Shown: positions 26,367 to 35,268 of the stretch, piece by piece
How the letters are laid out: each line of letters begins with the position of its first letter
Numbering within the stretch: the stretch's first letter is position 1
Made by a program: the position numbers and the translations under genes
The notes under the pieces: generated by a model
What the model was told of the DNA's origin: nothing
The model's database searches: none
What the model saw: the letters and a program-made list of their open reading frames with translations, nothing else
Virus record (IMG/VR): IMGVR_UViG_3300035191_000065
Direction: 5' to 3' (one strand)
Length of the DNA stretch: 64,000 nucleotides
Source: an uncultured virus (IMG/VR IMGVR_UViG_3300035191_000065)
Taxonomy: Duplodnaviria; Heunggongvirae; Uroviricota; Caudoviricetes

Positions 26367-27196
26367 TGCAGTACGACGCCGACATCGTTGAGTACGAGTG
26401 GAACGAGAATCCTCGATTCTTCAGTGTCGCGCGTGACTTCATTGATCACCTTAAAGAAAGGCCGCTGCTGCTCGCGGCCGGTGGCCTGAGCGTGGCCATT
26501 CTCATCGGTGGTGTCATCTACACCGCTGTCGTAACGACGGGAGACAACGTTGTCATCTACGTCGCCGAGGGAGATGGTGCTGGCGAGTTCCGACACGTTG
26601 GCGAGCGAATCGCGGCGAACATTGGAGCGGCTCTCTATCCAGCTCGAAACGCGCAAGATGTTCTCGATGCGGTGAGGCGTTATCGCAGAATCAAGAATCT
26701 CATCATGGTGGGCCACGGGACGACGACACAGTACATGCGCCCTGGCCACTCTGGAATTCGTGTCGGAGACGATCAGCTCCCGACGTGGATGTCTCATCGA
26801 ACGTTTGCTCGCGAGGTTGGGCCTCGAATGGCAGCAGGCGGCTGGATTGGCTGGGCTGGTTGCTCCTCTGCGAGTAATCCAGGCGAGTCCGGATGGAGCA
26901 GCGCTTCCTACGAAGATGGAGGAGAGCGAAGCTTCATTGCTCAGGTGCGAGATGAGATGGCCCAGACACCAGGCGTGCTCTGGGGTATTGAGCACGGTGG
27001 GCATACTGCCCCCGGTCACGTTTCTGCAAATCCAGGAGCACGCGAGTGCCCTGTTTCGCGCTCAGCCATCGGGCAGCCCTGCGAATCGGTTATGGAAGAG
27101 ACATGGGGATCAGGGGCAAACTACAACTCTTGGGTCAGCGCATTCCAAGGAGTGCCGGCTGAAACTTGGATATCGACTGGGGCGGTCGTGGTGTAG
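26363..27196 (+). CDS. Membrane-anchored protein with clan CD-like (caspase/C80/DUF4347-type) His-Gly...Cys domain
   Basis: IKNLIMVGHG and IGWAGCSSA, each after a hydrophobic strand; N-terminal ENP and TM. Confidence 0.5.
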   Translation: MMQYDADIVEYEWNENPRFFSVARDFIDHLKERPLLLAAGGLSVAILIGGVIYTAVVTTGDNVVIYVAEGDGAGEFRHVGERIAANIGAALYPARNAQDVLDAVRRYRRIKNLIMVGHGTTTQYMRPGHSGIRVGDDQLPTWMSHRTFAREVGPRMAAGGWIGWAGCSSASNPGESGWSSASYEDGGERSFIAQVRDEMAQTPGVLWGIEHGGHTAPGHVSANPGARECPVSRSAIGQPCESVMEETWGSGANYNSWVSAFQGVPAETWISTGAVVV

Positions 27197-27205
27197 GGGG
27201 CGACG

Positions 27206-27790
27206 ATGAGAGAAAATCCAGTCGAAGTCCTGACGCTCATCAATCCATCGGAAGAGACCTGGAAAGTTCGTCCTGGGGATGTTGCCTTGGCGGTGGGCGT
27301 CGGCGCGATCGCACTCGGGCTGTATTACCGTCGTCGACAGCAGCAAGCTCAAACGCCGCAGCCTCCTCTGGGCGATGCGATGTCTCAGACGCCGATCTGG
27401 GCGAAGGGCCTGCTGTTGGGCGGTTTGGCCTGGTTCGTCTTCTACCTCTACACGAGAAAAGAGGACGAACGAGAGATTGAAGAGAATCTCGGCGACGACG
27501 AGCTGGAGGAAAATGTCCGCTCAGATCGCTACGTCGTCAAGGTCGTCGGAGAGAGGGTGCTCTACCCTCAGCCAGGAAGCAAATACCACCCTGGCGGCTA
27601 TCCTCTGAGATCTGCTCAAGATTTTGCTAGAATTGGATCACAGACTGGAAAAACGAGAAAAATCTTTCGCGGAGGACCGCGAGGGAAACATATTCGCACG
27701 TATAGAGATGGCCAACGCGTCTGGCCGAGGACAGCGGCACAGGCGAAAACGCTGCTCCCGAGGGAGCGGCCTCGGGAGTTCATGAACTAA
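27206..27790 (+). CDS. Two-TM protein with NP/EEN motifs and basic C-terminal domain
   Basis: MRENP, LINP, two TM segments, IEENL, LEENV. Confidence 0.7.
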   Translation: MRENPVEVLTLINPSEETWKVRPGDVALAVGVGAIALGLYYRRRQQQAQTPQPPLGDAMSQTPIWAKGLLLGGLAWFVFYLYTRKEDEREIEENLGDDELEENVRSDRYVVKVVGERVLYPQPGSKYHPGGYPLRSAQDFARIGSQTGKTRKIFRGGPRGKHIRTYRDGQRVWPRTAAQAKTLLPRERPREFMN

Positions 27791-27803
27791 GGAGGGTGCC
27801 GCG

Positions 27804-28334
27804 ATGGCGACCGCAAGAAAAAATGCTCGAAAGAAGACAGTTCGCCGGAACACGGGCCGCAAGCCCGCGAGGAAGAACCCGGCGAAGAAGAAGGGGCTAA
27901 CCTGGGGCAAGGACGTCAAGGGCCACCCCGTGACGGGGAAGCCTTGCGCTGGCCGACCGATGTCGCAGCGCGACCAGAAGCTCTTCACCAAGATGGGCAA
28001 GAGACGCGCAGGCGTTACGCCGACCATGGTGAAGGAGGCCTACGGTCTCAAGAAGACGGCCACTCGCAAGGCCGCGCCGAAGCGCAAGAGAACCACCAAA
28101 AAGGCCGCGCCGAAGCGCAAGACGGCCGCAAAGCGCGCCACGCCGAAGCGTCGCAAGGGCTCGTCCGTGACGGTCAGGGCTTGTCCGACGCGTTGTCAGC
28201 GCTATGTCGTGGTGGATGGAAGCATGCGCTACCAGTCCTCGCACAAGCTGCTGACCTCGGCACGGAAGAAGCAGGCTGCGCTGGAGGCGAAGTATCCGCG
28301 CAAGGTCTTCAGGATCGTCGATACGAAGGGCTAG
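27804..28334 (+). CDS. Small Lys/Arg-rich DNA-binding protein, partial paralog of the giant core protein
   Basis: AAGGAGG RBS; RKNP; HPVTG...GRPMS.RD.KLF...AYGLK shared with the 17825 gene. Confidence 0.75.
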   Translation: MATARKNARKKTVRRNTGRKPARKNPAKKKGLTWGKDVKGHPVTGKPCAGRPMSQRDQKLFTKMGKRRAGVTPTMVKEAYGLKKTATRKAAPKRKRTTKKAAPKRKTAAKRATPKRRKGSSVTVRACPTRCQRYVVVDGSMRYQSSHKLLTSARKKQAALEAKYPRKVFRIVDTKG

Positions 28335-28338
28335 GACC

Positions 28339-28869
28339 ATGAACGCTGCTAGAAATTCTCTGGCGGCGCTCGCTGGGCTCTCCGGTCTTTCTGGGATGCT
28401 CACCGACGTTGCCAAGGCGCCAATCACACGATGGCGACAATCTTCTACCACTCACAAAGTCCTCGCTGCTGGCGCCGGAGCCGGGTTGGCCTACTACCTT
28501 CACAAGAGGGGCATGGCGAACGCGGCGGTGGCAGTCGCAGGGGTTGCGGGAGCCTATGCGGTCTCGATGGTCATGCACTATCCGACCGTCGCACAGGCTC
28601 CGCAGAACGGAGCCGCTCTACCCAACGGTCAAACCGTTGCTGGCGCGCTCCCACCGGCTCAGATGCAGGCCATGAATCAACAGGCCCAGGCCATGATGAA
28701 TGGCGGTGCTCTGCCCAACGGCAACGGCGTCCCTCCTAACGGAGGTGCTCCAGCAATGTCCGGTGGAATCATGCCGGTTTCTCAGACGCCGGGAGCGGCT
28801 GGTCCGATCCCGAGAGCCTCGGGCGGCAACCCCAACAGCAAGTGGTCGCTGCTCGATATGGAGATGTAG
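28339..28869 (+). CDS. Membrane protein with PNG repeats
   Basis: Hydrophobic Ala/Gly helices, then repeated (Q/P)NG motifs. Confidence 0.7.
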   Translation: MNAARNSLAALAGLSGLSGMLTDVAKAPITRWRQSSTTHKVLAAGAGAGLAYYLHKRGMANAAVAVAGVAGAYAVSMVMHYPTVAQAPQNGAALPNGQTVAGALPPAQMQAMNQQAQAMMNGGALPNGNGVPPNGGAPAMSGGIMPVSQTPGAAGPIPRASGGNPNSKWSLLDMEM

Positions 28870-29415
28870 TTGCCAGGACAACCGAAGCAGAAGGCCGGGG
28901 GCTGGGCCAAAACGATGTTTGGGTCCATGCTCGATGAGCTGATTGGAAGCGGTGCTCAGAAGGTCGTCGAGACAGCGAGACAGGTCGCGCCGAAGTGCGC
29001 TTTCTGCTATTCGCCGACGATCGTCAAGTGCCAGGCTTGTGGTCGGTTCGTCTGTCGTGTTCACGTGTTCGTCAACGCCGTGGCCGTCGACCGCTACAAT
29101 GTCATCTGTGCCGATTGCATCTCTCACCACTTCGAATTTGTGACCGTCGAACCTCCGCCACACTACGCCAACTATCAGAACCAACACGCACAGCAAGAAG
29201 AGGCTCGTTGGCCATATCCAGAGCAACCCTGGGATATTCTGGGGGTCGACTGGTACGCCAAGGAGGAGGATATCGAAGCTGCTCGGAAGCAGAAGGCTCG
29301 TCAGGTTCATCCGGACCATGCGAGAGACGAGCAAGATCGTGTTCAGCGCGAAAAGGCGATGAAGAAGGTCAACGCTGCTGCCGAGCATATGCTGCGTCAC
29401 AGAAGGGGTCAGTGA
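28870..29415 (+). CDS. Zinc-finger (B-box-like) and DnaJ-domain protein
   Basis: CAFC-x7-CQAC-x4-C-x2-H...CADC; PWDILGV...ARQVHPD. Start may be the ATG at 28915. Confidence 0.8.
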   Translation: MPGQPKQKAGGWAKTMFGSMLDELIGSGAQKVVETARQVAPKCAFCYSPTIVKCQACGRFVCRVHVFVNAVAVDRYNVICADCISHHFEFVTVEPPPHYANYQNQHAQQEEARWPYPEQPWDILGVDWYAKEEDIEAARKQKARQVHPDHARDEQDRVQREKAMKKVNAAAEHMLRHRRGQ

Positions 29416-29867
29416 TGCATCCATTTTTGCAAGTCGCTCTCGGAGCCGGCTTGGGGTACGCCGTCGTGAAGCTCCTCACCAAGGGAGACGAGACGGCGAT
29501 GCTCGAAGAAGAGCTTGCGCTCGAAGGCGCGGTGGCAAACCCGCGGCGTTACGAGACTCGCAGCTCTCGCACTTCTCGCAAGGCTGCCAGCAGCCGATGC
29601 ATCTCCAGAAAGGGAGGCAAGTGCCGGTGGCCGGTTGGTGATCAGTATCACCAGCGCAAAGCCCTAACCTACGTCCAGGCAGGAAGGTGTTCCGAGACGG
29701 AGTTCCCGACCTGCGCCGATGTGGTCAACTGGATCGCGAAGTATGGATCCGGCGAGGCAAAGCAAGCGGCGAAGCAAGAGAAGGCGGCGATGCTCAGGAG
29801 TGCGAGGCGTGCTCGAAGCCGACGTGAGCGGACACGAGCGAGGCGAAGTCGCAGGAGCTACAGGTAG
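29415..29867 (+). CDS. TM, NP motif and Arg-rich protein
   Basis: TGATG-coupled start MHPFLQ; VANPRR; Arg-rich tail. Confidence 0.7.
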   Translation: MHPFLQVALGAGLGYAVVKLLTKGDETAMLEEELALEGAVANPRRYETRSSRTSRKAASSRCISRKGGKCRWPVGDQYHQRKALTYVQAGRCSETEFPTCADVVNWIAKYGSGEAKQAAKQEKAAMLRSARRARSRRERTRARRSRRSYR

Positions 29868-29872
29868 TCCCT

Positions 29873-30193
29873 GTGACCTATGCAGCGCCAAAGACGGAGA
29901 AACAGCAGCAGCCTGAGAAGACGATGCTCGTCGTCGTCAAGCTGCAAGACTCTCCTGTTCGTGGGAAGGTCTGGCGCGTCTGTGTTTTCGTCAATGGTAT
30001 TCGCCTGTTCCGTCCGGGTTTCCAGAAGCGGAAGCCGGCGATCAAGCTTGCTGCCATGATGGTGCAGCAGGGCCTTCTCCACGGGTGGAACGTTTCATGG
30101 AGGGTGCTCAACGAGCAAGGGACGCCAGAGAACCTCAATCTCGCTGCCCTCGGCAGTAAGATGGAGCGTGGCGAGAAGAAGCAGGAGTCCTGA
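29873..30193 (+). CDS. Hypothetical basic protein
   Basis: 106-aa ORF filling the gap in the operon. Confidence 0.6.
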   Translation: MTYAAPKTEKQQQPEKTMLVVVKLQDSPVRGKVWRVCVFVNGIRLFRPGFQKRKPAIKLAAMMVQQGLLHGWNVSWRVLNEQGTPENLNLAALGSKMERGEKKQES

Positions 30194-30195
30194 GG

Positions 30196-30573
30196 ATGCC
30201 GACGGCAGTAGAAAGTCCAGTGGTACCTTGGATGTATCCGCGTCCAGTCAGTCAGCTTCCGACGAGTCGAGTCAATGGTCGCGTGGCTGAGAAATTGCCT
30301 GGTGAAACGCTTCAGCTCGATCAGGAGATCCATCAGCCTTTGTGGGGCACAGTCTCTCGTGGCATCGGAGGCGGAGCTGTTATTGCGAGTCCGAGCGCTC
30401 ATTACCCTGTCGTGCTTCCCTTTGGGGGGTGCTGTGGACTCGGGACGAACGGAGAGAACGGGGCAACCCAGAACGGTTCTGGGACGATTCCCTTCTTTGG
30501 GATACTCGCTGCGATGTTTGTTGGAGGTCTCGCAATCCTCTGGCTGACACGCAAAGAGGAGATTGTAATATGA
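30196..30573 (+). CDS. GLG-motif protein with C-terminal TM
   Basis: CCGLGTNG; TM then RKEE. Confidence 0.7.
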   Translation: MPTAVESPVVPWMYPRPVSQLPTSRVNGRVAEKLPGETLQLDQEIHQPLWGTVSRGIGGGAVIASPSAHYPVVLPFGGCCGLGTNGENGATQNGSGTIPFFGILAAMFVGGLAILWLTRKEEIVI

Positions 30574-30974
30574 ACGCTGTGAAACAGCTCAAGCAGGTTC
30601 ACTTGTCAAGGCTGAGCCCCGTCATGTGGACGCTGCAGACTGGGTACCCAAGGCCCGAGATCGCTGTTCCAATTCAGGAGATCAACGGCGGTATGGGAAT
30701 GGGTGAGGCCGATCCGGCGAACAGCGACGGCCGCTACGTCGCGACGCCGATCAACCCCAAGGCGAGCCCCTTGTGGTCGAATATCTACCGTCTCGGTGCG
30801 GCGGGCGCGCTGAGCAGGGTGGCACCCTATGGCCCGGACGCTTTCGGTACCGATAATGGAAACGGCGAGATGCAGCCGTCGACCTTTGGGGCGCTGTGGC
30901 CTTTCTTTCTCGCTTTCGGTGGGATGGCGTTGCTGACTTACTTCGGAACGAGGCGGAGCTATCCGCGGGACTGA
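30570..30974 (+). CDS. GMG-motif protein with C-terminal TM
   Basis: Start reassigned to MNAVKQ after GAGGAG; GGMGMG; TM. Confidence 0.7.
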   Translation: MNAVKQLKQVHLSRLSPVMWTLQTGYPRPEIAVPIQEINGGMGMGEADPANSDGRYVATPINPKASPLWSNIYRLGAAGALSRVAPYGPDAFGTDNGNGEMQPSTFGALWPFFLAFGGMALLTYFGTRRSYPRD

Positions 30975-31195
30975 TGCCAGACCATGAGAAAATCGCTGGA
31001 AAGGAGCTTCGTTCTGCTGTCCATCATCTGAACGAGGCCCTCCTGCGACTTGCTCACGCTCTTGGAAACTACACTTATGTCCCGGATGTCGATGCAAGTG
31101 GTATCCTCGAAGTAAAAGAGGCCCTTGAGGGCGAACTCATACCGAAGTGCGCGAGGTTCCTTGAGGGTAAAGCGACCGACGAGTCGCCGAACTAG
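30974..31195 (+). CDS. Small hypothetical protein
   Basis: TGATG-coupled start MPDHEK. Confidence 0.55.
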   Translation: MPDHEKIAGKELRSAVHHLNEALLRLAHALGNYTYVPDVDASGILEVKEALEGELIPKCARFLEGKATDESPN

Positions 31196-31273
31196 GAGCC
31201 GAGCGTATGATCACCAAGGTCTTCAATCACAGATTCAACCGAGCCGCACTTGGTGTGGCGAGTGGAGTGAGCC

Positions 31274-32005
31274 ATGTCAGATAATTCGGGACAGTACAGG
31301 AGCGACATTTTTCGAGTTGGCACCCTCTCTGGTCTTGCTGGAAACCTGTACGCAGGTTCTGACTTCCGAAACCCTCCTTTGAATATTTCGGGAGAGTCGG
31401 GCACCTTGGACTTCAATCCAGGGGTTGGAAACAGGGTTATTCTTTACATCGCGGATTTGATTTCAGAAGAGACCCGGGAACAGCCAAATCTTTTCGATTT
31501 CGGCATCTACGTGGCCTGGTCATACTTTGGTAGGCTCAAAGGTGGCAGGGATCGCCCTGATGCTGACATAAATGGAGAGACGACATACAGGAATTTTATG
31601 GACGGCTTCGATCCATCAGTTTCTCCCTCTCTTCTGGATATGAGAAAACAATGGTGGCAAGAGGCAAAGGTCGATTACTTTGACGCTCAGACTCTTCAGG
31701 TTGAGGATTGGGGACTTCAACGAGGGGAGATGAGGTATAACTATTACAAGTTCCCGCTTGACAACAACTTCTTTTATGATGAAGGCCCGGGTCCGGACAG
31801 AGGAGCACGAAGCCCAAATATTTTTAGGGTTATATCAATGACCGCAAAGGCCGATTTTATGAGGGTTTTTTGGTACGACAACAAAAATTTCTTGTTCCCC
31901 GGGTACACCAACCAAGACCGCGTCGATATCTGGGCTATGCGAGGTCATGACGCACCTGGGTCCCCGCTTCTTGGAGCCCATATTCCGATACCAGAAGAGG
32001 ATTAA
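31274..32005 (+). CDS. Hypothetical protein
   Basis: 243-aa ORF with GGAG RBS; locally more AT-rich. Confidence 0.7.
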   Translation: MSDNSGQYRSDIFRVGTLSGLAGNLYAGSDFRNPPLNISGESGTLDFNPGVGNRVILYIADLISEETREQPNLFDFGIYVAWSYFGRLKGGRDRPDADINGETTYRNFMDGFDPSVSPSLLDMRKQWWQEAKVDYFDAQTLQVEDWGLQRGEMRYNYYKFPLDNNFFYDEGPGPDRGARSPNIFRVISMTAKADFMRVFWYDNKNFLFPGYTNQDRVDIWAMRGHDAPGSPLLGAHIPIPEED

Positions 32006-32014
32006 AGCCAAAGC

Positions 32015-33172
32015 GTGGCTTTGGTCACGAGGAGCTGCGCGATGCCTGTTATTGTCCCCGAAGAGAATCCCACCACCGGAACCGGCGTTTACTACCCAGC
32101 CTGCGGCCCACACTCTCTTTTCGCCTACCATGGCATCATGGGAAAAGTTGATGAGGAGGACTACAACCCCAGGCTCGTTTATGGCCCTCAGGAGCTGATA
32201 GCCACTGAAAACGCTTTTCGCACGATTTGGGAGCAAGGAGCTGTCTATTCGAACGCGGAGAGGCAGCGACTCGGCATTGGCGACCAACGATCCATGTTTT
32301 TTGGGATGGACCGGGCGGCTGGTGATGATGAGTACGTCTTCCTGAACATCTGCAAGCCTCATGACGCGGGGAAATGGGGATATCACCTCGTTTTTGACCC
32401 CTACAGGCTCATCGAGGAAGGGGCGCTCGTTGGATTCGATGACCTTCAAGGTCTCTATATGAGCGTCGCAGACGGCCTCCGTATCGAAGATCGGAACGAT
32501 GAGCGAACCTGGACGCCCGAGCAGCTCGAAGCCTTTCAGGAGGACGCTAGGTTCATCCAAAACGTCTGGAGGATAAAAGGGGGGGAGGCTGAGGACTGGC
32601 TCGAATGGGTTCAGGGTGCTCGTGAGTCTTCTCCTGTCAATGCAGCAGCCCTGCGCTACGTGGATCGTGAGGTCGGCGGGGGCGGTCATAGAAACATTAT
32701 TCGGTGGCTCTCAACGAACAAGGTTTCCGCGATTGGTTATGCGGAGATTGTAATGCCAAAGGTGCTTTCACTCGACTGGTTGGTTGGTGTCATATTCCGC
32801 AAAAATTGGATAAGAATAGACGACTTCATAGAGCACTACGGCCCTCCTGGGACTGAGCCGCCTGAAGCGTTGGATTTTCATTTTGCTCATTGGGTTAGCG
32901 AGAGGACGGGTCATCCAGCGCGCTGTGCTCGTTGTGGTGGTTGGATGTATTTGGCTCCACTTGATCTTCCAGAAAGCGCCTCATCGTGGGGTCCGCGTGT
33001 CTATCACGACAGAATGAGGGTTCCGGGATTTGACAATCCTATTCGCGTGATGGAGTGCAAGTCGTGCGGAGCAGCCTTCGCAGTCCCCCCTGGTTACAAG
33101 GAAGGTCCGTTCGAGATAGAAGAGTTTGTTGGAGAGTTCGAGGATTTGGAGCACGAGCCGTATCGGTGGTGA
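32015..33172 (+). CDS. Hypothetical protein; possible ADP-ribosyltransferase-like fold and C-terminal Zn ribbon
   Basis: EENP; LFAYHG; AEIVMP; CARC...CKSC. Confidence 0.55.
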   Translation: MALVTRSCAMPVIVPEENPTTGTGVYYPACGPHSLFAYHGIMGKVDEEDYNPRLVYGPQELIATENAFRTIWEQGAVYSNAERQRLGIGDQRSMFFGMDRAAGDDEYVFLNICKPHDAGKWGYHLVFDPYRLIEEGALVGFDDLQGLYMSVADGLRIEDRNDERTWTPEQLEAFQEDARFIQNVWRIKGGEAEDWLEWVQGARESSPVNAAALRYVDREVGGGGHRNIIRWLSTNKVSAIGYAEIVMPKVLSLDWLVGVIFRKNWIRIDDFIEHYGPPGTEPPEALDFHFAHWVSERTGHPARCARCGGWMYLAPLDLPESASSWGPRVYHDRMRVPGFDNPIRVMECKSCGAAFAVPPGYKEGPFEIEEFVGEFEDLEHEPYRW

Positions 33173-33173
33173 G

Positions 33174-33881
33174 ATGGCGGTGACGTTCCAGGAGTTTTGC
33201 GATGGTGAGCTTGTCGAGGTCGAGATAACTCGTGGTGGTGACCTCGTTCTCCATGGCTACGACAGCCTCGAAGAAGATGCCGTCCTCAACGAGATGGGCT
33301 ACGAAGCTTCTCGGTGTCTCTACCTGGTGCAGCAGTGGGAAAGGGAGCCGATAACAGTCATCGTCAAGATGCTTTATCTGGACCTCGATCTCTCTCTCTT
33401 GCTTGCGGTAGACTGGGTTCGCCATGCGATAGGGCATCTCGATGAGCAGGAGGTCAGTGACCTTCGACGGGCTGAGACCTTTGCTCTCCTGGAGTCGATA
33501 GAGAACGTCGCCCACGACCATATCGACAGGCTCGAAGCATCGGATATCTGGAAAAGGCACGTGGCGATTCGTGAAGGTCGATTCGACTTTTATCCGTCAA
33601 TAGACGTCGTTGAAGTAGCGAAGGCCGCGGGCTACGCCATGAAGGCATCGAGTACAGTCGCCGCAATCAAGACTGACACTCTGACCTATCAGTACCAACA
33701 GGCGATGGAATTTATTAGGAATTCTCTGGGGGGGTGCGCACTGAGGTCGCGTAATAGCGTGGGTTTCAATAACATCAGTGGGCAGAAGCGGGAAGCCCTC
33801 TGGCAAATCAAGCGCTTCGTCGATGTGATGGAGGCAAAGCAGGAGGGAGAGCCCTATCCTCCCCTGGAGGAAACGGAATAG
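33174..33881 (+). CDS. Helical hypothetical protein, Imm5-like pattern
   Basis: LLLAVDWVRHAI and REALWQIKRF resemble Imm5-like motifs. Confidence 0.5.
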   Translation: MAVTFQEFCDGELVEVEITRGGDLVLHGYDSLEEDAVLNEMGYEASRCLYLVQQWEREPITVIVKMLYLDLDLSLLLAVDWVRHAIGHLDEQEVSDLRRAETFALLESIENVAHDHIDRLEASDIWKRHVAIREGRFDFYPSIDVVEVAKAAGYAMKASSTVAAIKTDTLTYQYQQAMEFIRNSLGGCALRSRNSVGFNNISGQKREALWQIKRFVDVMEAKQEGEPYPPLEETE

Positions 33882-33883
33882 CG

Positions 33884-34318
33884 ATGAGACACCACGCAGC
33901 AGGCATTCTCCCCTTGGCCCAGAACACTGGACGCTTCATGGTGACCAGGCGATCTCTGGCCGTCTCGGAGCCTGTAACGTGGTCCTTCCCGTGTGGGATG
34001 TCTCAATTCAACTTTGATGTGAACCGTAGGGAAACGCCCTATGAGACCGCGGTGCGGGAGTTTGTGGAGGAGACTTTCACTGATCCTCGTCATGTCTTCC
34101 CGCTCGGCAAGATGATGAACCAGGACGGAACGATCTTTCACGTCTTCCTCGGCATTTTCGGTCAGGAGTTTACTCCTCGGCTCAACTGGGAGAATGATTG
34201 CTTCCGATGGCTCGACCTCGGGAGCCTCTATATCCTCGAAGGCAAGCACCACGAGTTCGACCGCTTCCTGATGCATCCTGGGACGTTTGAGACGCTCAAG
34301 AATTTTCGGGAGGCGTAA
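33884..34318 (+). CDS. Nudix hydrolase
   Basis: WSFPCG...ETPYETAVREFVEET. Confidence 0.85.
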   Translation: MRHHAAGILPLAQNTGRFMVTRRSLAVSEPVTWSFPCGMSQFNFDVNRRETPYETAVREFVEETFTDPRHVFPLGKMMNQDGTIFHVFLGIFGQEFTPRLNWENDCFRWLDLGSLYILEGKHHEFDRFLMHPGTFETLKNFREA

Positions 34319-34845
34319 TGGAACAATGGCGTCGGAATCCAGCGTATTGGGGTGCGGCCGGCGCCGGGGTGCTTCCCATGGCCGAGGACACCGGACGTTT
34401 TCTGGTGCCCCTGCGGTCTCATCGGGTCTATGAGCCACTGACATGGAGCACCATCGGCGGCAAGCTCGACACAACGCCAGAGTCCACAGAGCCTTACTAC
34501 GATGACGAGGAGGGGGAGTGGATCGAGCCCGATCCTGAAGACGCCGAGCTTGAGAATCCTGAGGACGCAGTATATCGGGAGTTCGAGGAGGAGACAGGTT
34601 ATTCACTTCCGATGGAGCTGATCGATCTCTACGTCTTCGAGGATCCGGAGGTCGGCTTCACCTACTACAACTTCCTCGGAATCATTCCGTTTGAGTTCGA
34701 GCCTCATATCACCTGGGAGACCGAGCGCTGGGCGTGGCTCACCTTCGATGAGCTGCTCGCCATCGAGCCCAAGCACTTCGGGCTCGCTGCTCTCCTCGAA
34801 GACGAGGACAGCATCGAGACGATCCAGGAGTACCTCGATGAGTAA
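34318..34845 (+). CDS. Nudix hydrolase, tandem paralog with N-terminal RRNP
   Basis: WSTIGG...ENPEDAVYREFEEETG. Confidence 0.85.
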   Translation: MEQWRRNPAYWGAAGAGVLPMAEDTGRFLVPLRSHRVYEPLTWSTIGGKLDTTPESTEPYYDDEEGEWIEPDPEDAELENPEDAVYREFEEETGYSLPMELIDLYVFEDPEVGFTYYNFLGIIPFEFEPHITWETERWAWLTFDELLAIEPKHFGLAALLEDEDSIETIQEYLDE

Positions 34846-35263
34846 GCGCTACGTCTACATGCTGGCGTGTCCAGACGAGCCGTGGTGGCCCATAGAGGAG
34901 AGCCCAGGCGTGCTGATCAACGACATGCAGGAGGGCTCTGTCGAGGTCACCTATCAGACGATGCAGCGACACTGCCGAGGTCTCGTCGACTGGATGCTCT
35001 GGAAGGGCGTCGTCGACGAGCGATACGGCATGGTCGAGAAGCTGGAGCGGTCGTCGTGGATAACCTTCAAGAAGGGGTTCTACGACGGGATGCGTTGCTA
35101 CTTCGTCGACTGGTCAGGTATCGAGTACATCTGGATCGACAAGGAGGCTCTCAAGGCGCGCAGCATCGAGCCTGAGATTCCTCCATGGAAACGAGGTGTC
35201 GATCCGAGGATGGAGCACCTGCCCTCGTTTCCTGGATTAAATGTTGTTTTCTTCAAGAGGTGA
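34838..35263 (+). CDS. Hypothetical protein
   Basis: Start reassigned to MSKRYV after AGGAG. Confidence 0.65.
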   Translation: MSKRYVYMLACPDEPWWPIEESPGVLINDMQEGSVEVTYQTMQRHCRGLVDWMLWKGVVDERYGMVEKLERSSWITFKKGFYDGMRCYFVDWSGIEYIWIDKEALKARSIEPEIPPWKRGVDPRMEHLPSFPGLNVVFFKR

Positions 35264-35268
35264 TCGTC

